A stretch of DNA of 64,000 nt from Eledone cirrhosa (taxonomy: Eukaryota): the NCBI GenBank assembly GCA_964016885.1, contig OZ024742.1:235228001-235292000 (forward strand). Direction: 5' to 3'. Made by a program: the position numbers and the translations under genes. Positions 30,201 through 40,059 of the stretch are shown here, in pieces. The notes under the pieces were generated by a model, which saw only the letters and a list, made by a program, of their open reading frames with translations, did not search any database and was not told where the DNA came from. How positions within the stretch are numbered: the stretch's first letter is position 1; every line of letters begins with the position of its first letter.

Positions 30201-30580
30201 GATAAAAATTCTTTAGTTTTAATTTCTCTTTCGTTTATTTCAGTCAAACAATGAAGACGAGACCCTACTAACTGATAAAACAGGAAAGATAGAAAAAGAT
30301 ACATACAATAAAATGCTCTAGTAATTTGGATATATCGGAACTAGGGAGAAGAGAGTGAATTTAAGGTATATAAAACATATAATCGAAGAAAATGATACAG
30401 ATATATAAAAGTGCGCGTGGTTACTGAGAGCTAAAACACATTTAATGAAACCGGTATGGTTAGACTGGCAAGCGCACTGCAAAGGTGTTTCTATACATAC
30501 CAGTGCCAATTATTCACATTTGTACCATCGGGTCGCACCTCCACTATCCAACGCGGATCTCTTTGATCCCATTTGGCCAT
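2..30580 (-). CDS. AHSA1: AHSA1/Aha1 activator of Hsp90 ATPase, full gene span (9 coding exons, 341 aa)
   Basis: Hand-spliced exons of 80+80+111+86+121+71+150+102+225 = 1026 nt, all GT-AG with consistent phases. The protein starts MAKWDQRDPRWIVEVRPDGTNVNNWHW, contains NNRKAKLIFFYEW, and ends in the START-like domain WRLKNWP...GWSQNYW...FGYGSHIF*. Confidence 0.96.
705..930 (+). mobile_element. RTE-tail SINE / non-autonomous repeat
   Basis: gtggttggtgttagga.gggcatccagctgt core followed by catgctagcatggaagatgga...(GAT)n tail; many similar copies occur in the window. Confidence 0.7.
1965..2066 (-). CDS. AHSA1: AHSA1 coding exon 8
   Basis: LMSAFSGGNVVCKVEELGEFALYSGFVTGTFIET; ccag acceptor and gtaagt donor. 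Confidence 0.92.
2916..3065 (-). CDS. AHSA1: AHSA1 coding exon 7
   Basis: NNVKREMNKAIN...KEEFVCSAADLYRVFTVPE; ttacag acceptor and gtatat donor. Confidence 0.9.
3458..3590 (+). ncRNA. Type I hammerhead ribozyme motif (probably Penelope-derived), antisense in AHSA1 intron 6
   Basis: CTGACGA at 3463; stem II agggaatc/gattcttt closes a long loop; GAAACAGGCCTGTC gives a palindromic stem III and a GUC site at 3583-3585; stem I acata/tatat is weak. Confidence 0.6.
3638..3806 (+). mobile_element. RTE-tail SINE / non-autonomous repeat
   Basis: Same core, then cccatgcaagcgtggaacacagacgttaaacg(TGA)n. Confidence 0.75.
5075..6028 (+). mobile_element. RTE-clade LINE fragment, degenerate with internal deletion
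   Basis: CYKGKGDALERSNYRGIKL, DALFLVRQLQEK...YLAFVDLEK and FCYLGNLISSGG motifs; (GAT)n tail. Confidence 0.85.
6053..6123 (-). CDS. AHSA1: AHSA1 coding exon 6
   Basis: (E)YSQGIILPTKDKIDSKHQKAPVP; ttcag acceptor and gtatgt donor. Confidence 0.9.
7689..7809 (-). CDS. AHSA1: AHSA1 coding exon 5
   Basis: INISVEDNGDEAYKVKEFMRIEGVRKMQKQLGQYIRSLKE; ttgcag acceptor and gtaatt donor. Confidence 0.92.
9171..9256 (-). CDS. AHSA1: AHSA1 coding exon 4
   Basis: (G)KFKTSCNKYKGKADILNLSEENTEDELD; tag acceptor and gtgagt donor. Confidence 0.92.
9416..9526 (-). CDS. AHSA1: AHSA1 coding exon 3
   Basis: (Y)FCELTELSKLEGEATANNRKAKLIFFYEWDIKVEWS(G) with the RKxK motif; cag acceptor and gtaaat donor. Confidence 0.95.
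9921..10240. repeat. Fold-back inverted repeat (MITE-like), arms about 105 bp
   Basis: 9939-10047 is the near reverse complement of 10063-10171; an outer 13-bp pair ggcaattagtcaa/ttgactaattgcc flanks it. Confidence 0.8.
12811..12990 (-). mobile_element. tRNA-derived SINE
   Basis: Head with A box tggcagtatcgg and B box gagttcaaatcc; body ctttgcctttcatccttacggggtcgataaaataaagtacc; at least 7 copies in the window. Confidence 0.85.
13080..13620 (+). mobile_element. Highly decayed pogo/Tigger-like transposase relic
   Basis: aattttgatgaaacaggcctactctagaaaagaatacc translates to NFDETGLL*KRIP, the first catalytic-Asp motif; the rest is degenerate and boundaries are uncertain. Confidence 0.4.
15495..15672 (+). 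mobile_element. tRNA-derived SINE
   Basis: Same family as 12811-12990. Confidence 0.85.
16107..17026 (-). mobile_element. 5'-truncated RTE LINE with SINE-like 3' end
   Basis: KGFSLKMKGRLYDAC...LHGSETW...RLRWYGHV...GRPRKTW, then a spacer, a SINE-like core and a (GAT)n tail. Confidence 0.9.
19727..19932 (-). mobile_element. tRNA-derived SINE
   Basis: Same family; B box gagttcgaatcc. Confidence 0.8.
20130..20410 (-). mobile_element. Second tRNA-derived SINE family
   Basis: cagctgagtggactgg...aagtgtcttgct.aggacacaa body; related copies near 1250-1380, 14918-15230, 17075-17370 and 39265-39380. Confidence 0.55.
21165..21244 (-). CDS. AHSA1: AHSA1 coding exon 2
   Basis: tttcag|G GTT...; (W)VEKNATPWSKNKITELLAGLVIEDED; donor T|gtaagt. 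Confidence 0.93.
22020..22990 (-). mobile_element. RTE LINE fragment (same subfamily as 16107 and 26115)
   Basis: LSPLLFIIV, CPWEFLYGDDL and KGFSLKMKGRL...ERRLR motifs. Confidence 0.85.
23003..25400 (+). mobile_element. 5'-truncated RTE LINE (late endonuclease, RT, PHD-like finger, (GAT)n tail), defective
   Basis: IDFLLVR...PQHRLV, EMQFGFVPGKSTTDA, YLAFVDLEKAFDRVP, LYADDL, CSI...CTQCRSWVHKRC...CSRC and RWYGHV; multiple stops and frameshifts. Confidence 0.93.
26115..27080 (-). mobile_element. 5'-truncated RTE LINE with SINE-like 3' end
   Basis: ORF 27080-26355 reads DSFRYLG...GRPRKTW; its 3' part is collinear with the 16107 copy. Confidence 0.92.
27124..28272 (-). mobile_element. Tc1/mariner DNA transposon relic (about 1.15 kb)
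   Basis: TIRs atgttcaataagtaacgagaa (27130-27150) and ttctcattacttattgaacat (28244-28264). The transposase motif FHQDNPSCH...HYSPNLTPYDFFLF corresponds to mariner HDNA..H/YSPDLAPxD. Confidence 0.88.
28860..29200. repeat. Degenerate tandem repeat, three units of about 130-170 bp
   Basis: ttttcaac....tctgac.tc.gac.t.....caa.cgac recurs at about 28862, 28986 and 29157. Confidence 0.55.
29953..29977. promoter_or_regulatory. Intronic heat-shock element (AHSA1 intron 1)
   Basis: aGAAtgctacaGAAtaTTCgaGAAa: three contiguous phased units plus a fourth in-phase GAA. Confidence 0.55.
30501..30580 (-). CDS. AHSA1: AHSA1 coding exon 1
   Basis: ATG at 30580; MAKWDQRDPRWIVEVRPDGTNVNNWH(W) carries the NxNNWHW motif; donor TG|gtatgt. 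Confidence 0.95.
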
Positions 30581-30663
30581 TTTCACAAATCTGACAAATT
30601 TGAATGAAAAAGAAATGCAGGCATACAATATTTGAGTTACTGAATAGCAGAAGTGAAACAGTG

Positions 30664-30704
30664 CGAAAATTCTCGAAGTTCTAACGGATACGGAAGTGAC
30701 GTCA
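30664..30704. promoter_or_regulatory. AHSA1 proximal promoter: heat-shock element plus ETS-CRE composite
   Basis: cGAAaaTTCtcGAAg (30664-30678) has three phased nGAAn units. CGGAAGTGACGTCA (30691-30704) is an overlapping ETS core and perfect CRE. Both are 85-125 nt upstream of the ATG. Confidence 0.7.
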
Positions 30705-30919
30705 ATTAAAGGAAGTGTCGTCACAAATTTTACCATAGCAACAGTTTATGCGACAAAATAACAATTTGGTAACAGAAGAAAACTTTAGTTTTACTACAGT
30801 GGAGAGAGCTGGATTAGTCAGTTCCTAATACTGACGAGGATAGACGAAGCAGAGAGTACGGGGCAATCTGCATTCAAGCGAAACTTTTAACTCTCTCTTT
30901 GATCATTCTGATCAATATT

Positions 30920-31445
30920 CTAGGTGCCGCTTACTTTCGGCAACTGCAAAATTCTCGGGGGGCTGGATTGATGCCATGCCTGTAGCCAATATTGGTGGTC
31001 TTCTCAGTTTAGACGAGCTCTGCATCTCCATTGTACTCCGAATGGGAGCCGATGTCTGTGGGGGTTTGAGATGTTGTTGTAGTAAGTCCCTCGATCCCAC
31101 AGGCCTCCATAGTTTGTCCTGCTGCTCGCTTCGCCCGACACACCGAACTAAACCTGATTATTAAGCGGGTCCTAGCTCGGGTAAATACCTCCTCAGTTCT
31201 GGAACCGGCTAGATTATCTAGAATTGATGGGAAGAGACCAGACGGTCATACGCTTTGTCCCTATCAAACAATTATTGTTTTCTAACCTGTGGAGTTGGGT
31301 CGCTGACAGCGAAGTTCTTGTCATAGTTAGCGGCTCGCGTTACTGAGATGTCAGGTGATACCCGCGAGGGGGCCTAGTTGTTTCAGTGTCTTAGCCTCGC
31401 CATCACGGTAATGTTACGAGCGTGTTGGTTTGCCTCAAAATTTCC
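30920..31445 (+). mobile_element. CRE-clade non-LTR retrotransposon 3' relic (CCHC plus restriction-like endonuclease)
   Basis: GWIDAMP...LRMG...CCCSKSLDPTGLHSLSC..RHTELNLIIKR...EPARLSRIDGKRPDG and SGDTREGA*LFQCLSLAI motifs. Confidence 0.75.
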
Positions 31446-31757
31446 GTTGGCCCTTGTGATGTGCGGCCAATTGTCGCACTTAGTGGTGAATTGATGGTCG
31501 TTTTTATTTTTATTTCTCTAGCTTTGATCGTATATTTTAGTGCGTTGTATTTGTAAGGTCTCTAGAATTAGTTAATTATATTTAATATATGTGTTCATAT
31601 TTGTAAATATGAAAGAAGTGTGAACAATTTGTAATTTTTTAAAAAACTTAACACAATACTATAAAACATTCTATTCGCCGCCATTTAAGCAAATGAAATT
31701 TGTCGAATAAATAAAACTCGAGAAATATGTTTAAAATAAATGGAAAGGTAATTAGAC

Positions 31758-32341
31758 TATTGGGCACTACCATGCTATTAGCTGTCAGAAGTGAAAGTTT
31801 CGTCAACCTTCTCAATCGTAAACATCGTTTATTTCCGTATTACCACGACTTCTGACAGCTAATACCATGAACTTAAATGAATTTTCACCAACAGTGGAGT
31901 TACTTCTGACAGCTAATACCATGAACTATATTTTCATAGTCATGGTTATCAATGTAGAAAACAAGTCATTTTCACCAACAGCGGAGTTAACTTAAATGAA
32001 AATATAGGTGGCCCTTAAAAGAGCCAAATTAGAAAACAAATATATGGTTACCAAATTTTTTTCACCAACCCTATACATGAAATTGATAACCATGACTATG
32101 AAAATATAAATGATTAAATCCAATTTATTTGATAACCATGACTTGTTTTCTAATTAACTTAAATTTGTTTCCTAATTTGGCCCTTTTAAGGGCCACCTAT
32201 ATTTTCATTTAAGTAACTCCACTTACATCGATATGCTTTATTAAAATAACGCGTGTTAATACGGAAATAAACAATGTTTACGATTGAGAAGGTTGACGAA
32301 ACTTTCACTTCTGACAGCTAATAGCATAGTAGTGCCCAATA
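31758..32341. repeat. Nested inverted-repeat (fold-back) element containing two histone-type stem-loops
   Basis: Outer arms 31758-31842 and 32257-32341; inner arms 31983-32040 and 32164-32220; internal short direct duplications. Confidence 0.85.
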
Positions 32342-32878
32342 CTAATTTATTCAAGAACAAAAAAACAAACCTTATTTAGTAAGAAGGGGGGGGGGGGGGG
32401 GGCATTGTAATACCCTTAAGAGAAAACATTAAAAAATTACTGCTGTAACAAAATACACTCAACAAGCGCTAATGTGCCTTGTATATTTAACGATACAAAG
32501 CCCTTTTTATATTTAATAAAGTTTCAGTCGAAATTGCAGTTTTTAAAACATACTCTCGATGTTACTCAAGGCCAAAATGATCAGTCGTTTCGTTAAAACT
32601 TCGCATGAAAATTAAAAGAAAACAAAAACAAGATATTATTTCGGTTTTGCGTTACGGAGACATTCAGTAGATCGAGCATTCAGGTAGGCAGGTCCTAATG
32701 ACGAAGCATGATGCACAGATTCATTTCCCCAGTTAAATTTTTCTCTAGCGAAAACCTGGTGGATTCAGCGCCAAATCAAAGTTTCGTTGCTGTCAAAGTA
32801 CCTGGCGTTCTCCGATAGGTTTATTATTGAACTTATAGAAGTCAAATCGAAGCGGAATAGTTTTGTGTTGCTTTCAAA

Positions 32879-34334
32879 ATGGCTGCTGAAGTTGACGAGC
32901 TGGATATTAATCCTGTGATTCAGGTGCTTCAGACCAATTTTTTATCTCTGTTGGAAGAATCTAAAAAAAAATGTTATGTAATTTGCACCCCACAGTCATC
33001 TTCGCTTATTGGGGTTAACATTAACACAAAATTTATAGTCTCATCTGTTGAAACCGTCGCCATTCTTTAAAGGTTATAGCTCATGTTCAAAAAGAAAGGT
33101 TGTGTATCTGGAGAAAAACAAACTTTATCTAGAAGGTTTTTTCGGTGGATCCCGCACAAAGATATTAAATGAAGAGATTGGCTATAACAAGATATACAAA
33201 CCTTACAAAATACTCGTCCTACACAAACCTCTGGACCCAACCTTAAAGCCAGCAAAGGGCGGAAACAAACCTCGCAACAGCAATCTCTTTACACCGAAGC
33301 CAACTGCAGAACAGTGTCGCCAATGGTTGTTATCATTCCCACAATATGAACCGATCTTAAGTGACTTGGATAATAAACTAAGAATGTTCAACACTAATTA
33401 CATGGTACTGCTCTGCTATTTAGAAAACACTGCTACTCACCAATCGGAACTGTTGAAAAGTGTTGTCATGTGCTCCACGGCTAATTCAGAATGATATCTG
33501 GTTTCTTTCAGACCTAAGCTCTGCTATTGAGAGTTATATAATGGAGAAAGTTTATGATACTGTTTTCCCTGTTATCCAACAACACCTTAAAGAAGAAGAC
33601 CGATCACGTTGCCGTGAACTTATTGCTGGTAACACTATCCAAATAGGTATTGATCAGCAATTTGATTGCCCGAAGCTACAAGCATCCTTCAGAAGTTAGA
33701 TAGTTTGAAAACTCCTTTTGAGAAATTAACATCAGTAAAATCTTATATGGACAGCATCTCAAGTGGAATCTCACAACACACAGAGAAAACAAGGCTGTTC
33801 CATAAAAGTGCTAAATCCTCCATTTGTATTACTTCAGATGATCTTATCCCTCTATTGGTGAAGATTTTGGTAAAGGCTCAATATCCACATCTACAGAGTA
33901 ACATGTTTTACATGGATGTAATATCATCTACACGAAAGAACAAACCACAGTGAGCTCTCGTCCAGTTTCTGATCCGACTCCAACAATACAACGTAGTCAT
34001 ACATTACAGTTAGAAACCTCAATGGGTGCTCGCATGGAATATAGCGATTCTTCATCACGAGTTGCTCCATCAAGTAATCCGCAAGAGAGGCACCGGCTGC
34101 CAAAGAGTCTGGATGAAACGATGGAAAACATCACGCGGCGTCTTAGGGAGATATCTGATGAGGAGGCACCAGCTGAAAATAAGAAAACTTGGTTCTTACA
34201 ATAAGACGGTTTCAATAACATCTACAGAATTACTCCCTAGGAAGCCTAGTACCTGTCAAAATCTCCAAAAACCTGATTTAGGTGATTTTCTGTCCAACCT
34301 CGAAGATGATGTTTTCTGTGAAACCTGTGGCTAA
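32879..34334 (+). pseudogene. Intronless, frameshifted VPS9-domain (Rab GEF) pseudogene, ANKRD27/VARP N-terminal-like, without ankyrin repeats
   Basis: Segments DINPVIQVLQ..VICTPQSSSL, SHLLKP, NEEIGYNKIYKPYKILVLHKPL, AIESYIMEKVYDTVF, LDSLKTPFEKL and ITSDDLIPLLVKILVKAQYPHLQSNMFYM match VARP/VPS9 motifs in order across several frames; AATAAA at 34418. Confidence 0.75.
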
Positions 34335-34469
34335 ATGAGAAGTTAACAGTAGTACATTTTAGGTATAAATCACAACCACAGACATGATCACTGGCAATTA
34401 TATCAACTTCTATCAAAAATAAATGTAAAATGTAGACGAATACAGCTCAAACTATACTTAAACCATTTT

Positions 34470-35010
34470 CTGAAAACCTTGCTTCCCTGGGCCTGGATAC
34501 ATTGAAACTCTGATGTGTGGCATCTACCATACGCTGAAAACCTTGCTTCCCTGGGCATGGGTACATTGAAGCTCCGATGTCTGGCAACTGACTTGGTAAA
34601 CACCTACAAAATTATTAACCATCTTGCCAACAACAACCCTGAGCACCTTTTTGATGTCCATGTGTCTAACACACGTGGACATACCTACAAAGTCAGAAAA
34701 CAACACAGCTCCCATGACTTTCAGAAACATTTTTTCACGCTCAGAGTTGCTAAAGCATGGAACAAACTACCTGCATCGGTTGTTAGCTGTCGGGACACTG
34801 CATCCTTTAAAACTTACCAACACTACACCTGATATCTCCCCTCCATACACGCACACATGTATCTGTGTCTATATTATGACTCATACACTGTTCACTTCCC
34901 TGACATTTGTACATTATTCTATACATTCTATACATTATTCTATACATTATTCTATACATGCACTTTTTATGAGTTGTAGTGCACCTGAGCACTGTACACT
35001 ATGTTTTATT
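34470..35010 (+). mobile_element. CR1-clade LINE 3' fragment (3'UTR repeated at 35335-35585)
   Basis: DLVNTYKII...TRGHTYK...HFFTLRVAKAWNKLP, a typical CR1 ORF2 C-terminus. Confidence 0.85.
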
Positions 35011-35204
35011 ATCATTAGCATTATATATATATAGGAAAAAGTATGACCCCGACGGCAGAGCTCAAGCCGTTTCTGGAGTCCAGAAATAGCCGTCGAAACG
35101 GCTTGAGCTCTGCCGTCGGGGTCATACTTTTTCCTATTTCCCACTCTACTATTGAGTACTCTGGTGCGTTATGGTCCATCTGGTTCCTTACCACATTTCC
35201 TTTG

Positions 35205-35264
<60 letters not shown>

Positions 35265-36164
35265 TAGCTGACGTACCCTTCTTCACCTGGGTAAACACAT
35301 GATATGAGAAGAAAAGTAGAAGAGAAAATGACATGATTTTTTCACGCTCAGAGTTGCCTGTATCAGTTGTTAGCTAACCTCCATGCTTCCTGAAATTCGC
35401 CAACACTACACCTGATATTCCCCTTCCATACACACGTCTGTGTGTGGAATGCGTCTGTGGTGTGTATGTCTGTGTATATCATGACTCATACACTGTTCAC
35501 TTCCCTAACATTTGTACATTATTCTATGTACTATACATGCACCTTTTATGAGTTGTAGTGCACCTGAGCACCGTACACAATAATTTCATTAATATATTAT
35601 AAAATATCTGGTGTCTTGGGCACCCGAGTCCCCTACTTAATGTGTTAAGGATGGAGATTGTCATCCGCAAGAATGAGCACTGTCATTTGAACTGTCCGTT
35701 GGAACAATGAATTTACATCCACTTAAGGTGTTGCACATCAAGGAGACAGAACGGGCGAACGAAAGAACGTGACAACCTTTCATTAGTTGATTTGCGAGCA
35801 TATTTCCCTCGTTTTCTTTTCTTGTGTAATCAATTAAACTTACCTGCAAATATGTTTTCACCCTCTCCCACAGTTTTCTTCATCATTTTTTCCCCTAGCT
35901 TTTTTTTTTATGTACTACCAACTAATCTTACCTCTGAACATGCTGCAAAGGACTTTTTTCCGTGAAAATGGGGGGGGGGGGGGAGACGAACTTTTCACAC
36001 ACCCTCTTCCGGGGTTAAGGTTGGAGTTAGGGTGTGAAAACTCCAGAAGGGAGGGAGATCCGAGGGTGCCCCCTTCGTTTTCCAGGGGAAGTCCTTTGCG
36101 GCATGTTCGAAGGTAAGATTAGTTGGTAGTACACGAAAAAAAAAACAGGAAAAATATTTATTGG

Positions 36165-36330
36165 CATCGCTGGCAGCTCGTCTTACTGAGGTGTCAGGTG
36201 ATGCCAGTCAGGATGCCTGGTTATTTCAGCGCCTTAGACTCGCCATCATTCGTGGTAATGTTGCGAGCATGTTGGCTTGCCTCAAAGTATTCTGTTGACT
36301 CATATGATGTGCAGCCGATTGTCGCACTTT
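36165..36330 (+). mobile_element. CRE-clade LINE extreme 3' fragment
   Basis: AARLTEVSGDASQDAWLFQRLRLAIIRGNVASML; homologous to 31330-31480. Confidence 0.7.
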
Positions 36331-37379
36331 GTGGTCGTTTTGTTTTTGCTTCCCCCTTTTTTCTCTTTCTCTCGCTTTGGCTATGTGTTTTGGTGCGTTG
36401 TTTTTGTGGGGCTCATGGCGATGGTTGGTTGTATTTGTTATATGCATTTATCAACGACATATTTATAATGTTATTCTGAAAGAATTATGATCAATTTGTA
36501 ATATTATTTATGTATATATATATTATTTGTAATGTTATTTATGTATATATCCGTGGTCATTAAGCGCCCAACCCAACTGCACACTATTGCCAGAAAATAT
36601 TCACACTTGTGTCCCCTACGCACGGAGCAAAAACCACAACCTCCTTCCCCAACAATCGTTGACCAATGAGTTCTAGAAAAGCCCACGACTGCTTCCTACC
36701 TCCCGTTCCGTGACGTCTCTGAACTTTATATTTCGGGCAAAGCTCCGGCCCCACGGAAAGGATTTGGAATTCAGTATGGTTAGCTCTCGTCAATCTTTAC
36801 GAATTATATTGTCGAATGATGAACGAGTGCTCTCCCTTAATTTAGCCGGTTGCTCAAACATATTCGTTGGTATACATACGTTTTATTGTTACTGCTTACA
36901 CTGATTCATTATCCTCATGCTAATATCTTCTGGTTAATTTTATATTTAGAGGAATTTCGGAATAAGCGTCCCGCATATATGGTCGTGACTTAGAATTTAT
37001 TTAATTTTAGTCCAGAATTCTGCGTTTTGAATAGCGACATTTATGATTCTGCAAAAATAATAATTAATTTCACCCTCCAATCCAAGAACTTTTTTAGTTT
37101 TGGCTGAGAAGGAGAGTAATGGCATCCAGCTTGCCAAGATAATGGTGATTAATAAACACTTATGTTTCTCTTGTTTTTCGTATTTTAATTGATGTTTCAA
37201 ATTTGCCTTACATAAAAAATCAGCATCCACTATCACCTTGCAACACTAGTGTTAGGGTGTGATTTTATTCACAGTTGTATAAATAACGTTACAAATTGTT
37301 TATAATTCTTACAGAATAAAAATATAAACAAAGTATAAAATTTAAAAAAAATGTAGAAACAATTATTATAGAACCCCGT

Positions 37380-37505
37380 CAGTATCAGTGTTAGACAGAG
37401 TTATGGCCCTTTACGTTCTGAGTTCAAATCCCACCGAGGTTAACTTTGTTTTTTATCCTTACGGGCTCGATAAAATAAAGCACAAATAATGCACTGGGGT
37501 AATTA
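37380..37505 (+). mobile_element. tRNA-derived SINE (partial)
   Basis: B box and body of the 12811 family. Confidence 0.75.
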
Positions 37506-38129
37506 CAATTTTTTGCTATCAATAATTTTTGCATGTTATCAACGAATATGATCTCCAAACCAGTTGGAAACGACTAGATTTGTAGGAAAGTGGGGGAGTG
37601 AAAGGGTGCAAAAAGACCATCAGAGTTTCACAGATCTACACACCTCGCGTTTGGTGGGGAATAATTATCTTTCCTTGTTTTTTTCCTGTTGATGGTGCAG
37701 GAGCGAAGTTAAATATTAAATTATAGAGTAAAATGACAACAGACTGGACAGGTTGAATTCCTTCAAATTTTTATTTCTGCAAACAGTATGCACATTTCAG
37801 TGGCCAGGTTACGTACAAATTTGGTGACATCATCAGGTGTATATTGCATAATAGTTATATATCAAAGGAATGATGGTAAACACATGCAAAGAGGCTTTGA
37901 GGAGGAAAAGCAGAGAAGAAAAAAATGTTTTTGTCTTTTACTCAAAGGTGATCATGGTATCTCGTTGATGTCAGTTGGGCAGATCGCCCTTGAGTGACTA
38001 TTTTCATCAATTTTGTCTTGTCAGTGGGTAGAGGTTGTACTGCTTATTGAGTAAGTTACTACTACCTCTCATTTAATCTTATTCGGACACCAACCAAAAT
38101 ATGAAGGGGTGAAGAATATCGGGTTACAT

Positions 38130-38720
38130 AAGCAATGATGCATCGTTTCATGCACACATCACCAAAAGGATGGCAAAGTGCTGATGACTGACGGGTTGGA
38201 TTCTGAGGACATTCAGGACAAGAGACCCAGAAACCATGTTGGTCTTCTTGAGGACTTTTGTCCTCAACCAACTGGACTATTGCTCTCAGTGAAGCTACAC
38301 CAAGAGGATTGCCTCAATGAAAGAGATGAGCTACTGGAAAAGGCTGAAAGAACTAAAGATTCACTCCCTCAAGCGAAGACGGAGACATACGCAGTGATAT
38401 ATGTTTGGAAGATCCTGGAAAGGTTAGTACCAAAATTTGGCATTAAATGCAGGACCAGCCCACAAACAGGATGCCAGTGTATTATGCCAAAGGTCCCATC
38501 CGTCGCATTGAGAATACGGACCACATACTGCAATAGCATGTTGTTCAAGGGACCCTAGCTTTTTAACAAGTTGGCAAAGAGTCTTCAGAGATCTGCATGG
38601 TCTGCTTGTTGATGTTTTCAAGAGACATCTCGACATTCTGCTGACTGGGATCCTGGATGAACCCACAGCACGAGGTGAAGTGCAAATGAGAGCAGCAGCA
38701 ACAAACTCCCTTTTGCATCA
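38130..38720 (+). mobile_element. CR1/L2-type LINE ORF2 C-terminal fragment
   Basis: YWKRL.EL...QA.TETYAVIYVWKIL...YCNSMLFKGP*LFNKL motifs. Confidence 0.7.
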
Positions 38721-39377
38721 ATGGCCAACCAGAGAAGGCTGGCTGTAGAAAGTGTAGCATCAATGGCTGTGCCCTAGCAAGGCCTCAGCTTGTTGGCAAA
38801 AACATGTTATAGAATAATACATGTATATATATATCCCACCTGTCCCTTCAATCTATCTTATTTCTCATTCTTTCTTCTGATGAAGAACTAAACGTTAAGA
38901 CCTGCTATTTCAAGCGTTAACTTAATAAATTCCTTCCATATACTGTACCGATTGTGTTGTTATTTCTGTTTACCTTTTACATATATATATATATGAAAAC
39001 TTCGGGATCCTAACGGCTGTGCTCCTGCCATTTCATCAACTAGATCCGAACTTGTATATATATATATATATATATCATCATCATCATTTTACGTCCGCTT
39101 TTCCCTGCTTGCAAGGGTGGGACGGGAACTGATTCTGGCTTGATTTCTACAGCTGGATGCCCTTCCTAACACCAACCTCATTTACAGTGAGTGCTGGGTG
39201 CTTTTTTGCCGTGGCACCTCCACGACCACTTTGCAGTGGAATGATATGGACCCCAGTCCCTATCATCTCATTTCTACAGCTGAGTAAACTGGAGCAATGT
39301 GAAATAAAGTGTCTTGCTCAAGGAAACAACACATCACCCGGTCTGAGAATTGAACTCACAACCTTTCGATTGCAAGG

Positions 39378-39558
<181 letters not shown>

Positions 39559-39577
39559 CCTTTCGATTGCAAGGCCA

Positions 39578-39608
<31 letters not shown>

Positions 39609-39619
39609 CGACCATAAAA

Positions 39620-40030
39620 TGATGTCACAAACTACACAAATTTGGCATAATTGGAAAATTAGATGAGTGGCTGCATGGCTTCTTAAAAGACAGAAGCCAG
39701 ACTTTTCCAGCCAATGGGGCTCTCTCAAAGGAAACATCAATAACAAGTCATGCCCCAGGGAATGACTTGGGACCACTGCTGTTTTTGGTGGTTCTTTCAG
39801 ACATGCCCTCTGTAGTATATACAACATCCCTCACTAGCTATGCTGTTGACACAAAGGTAGCACAAGCAATCAAGAACCTGGCTGATGCTACTCTTTTCAG
39901 CCTGCAAACACAAGGACAGTACAACAGAGCTACACCAGACCAGGAGGAATGGAAATTCCCGAGACCAGGATATAGACATGAGCAATGATGCATTGTTTCA
40001 TTCACACATCATGAAAATGGCAACAATGTG
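39620..40030 (+). mobile_element. CR1-type RT fragment
   Basis: [17 protein letters not shown]...SYAVDTKV, a degenerate YADD. Confidence 0.7.
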
Positions 40031-40059
40031 CAGAGGATTTGCTGGCTGGATCTTCTAAC

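Noticed and set aside
30830-30870. CTGACGA near the AHSA1 promoter as a hammerhead core
   Set aside because: No stem II, GAAA or stem I can be formed.
38870-38935. ctgatgaaga...aaacgtt hammerhead-like remnant
   Set aside because: Stem II and the GAAA core are missing; at most a decayed PLE terminus.
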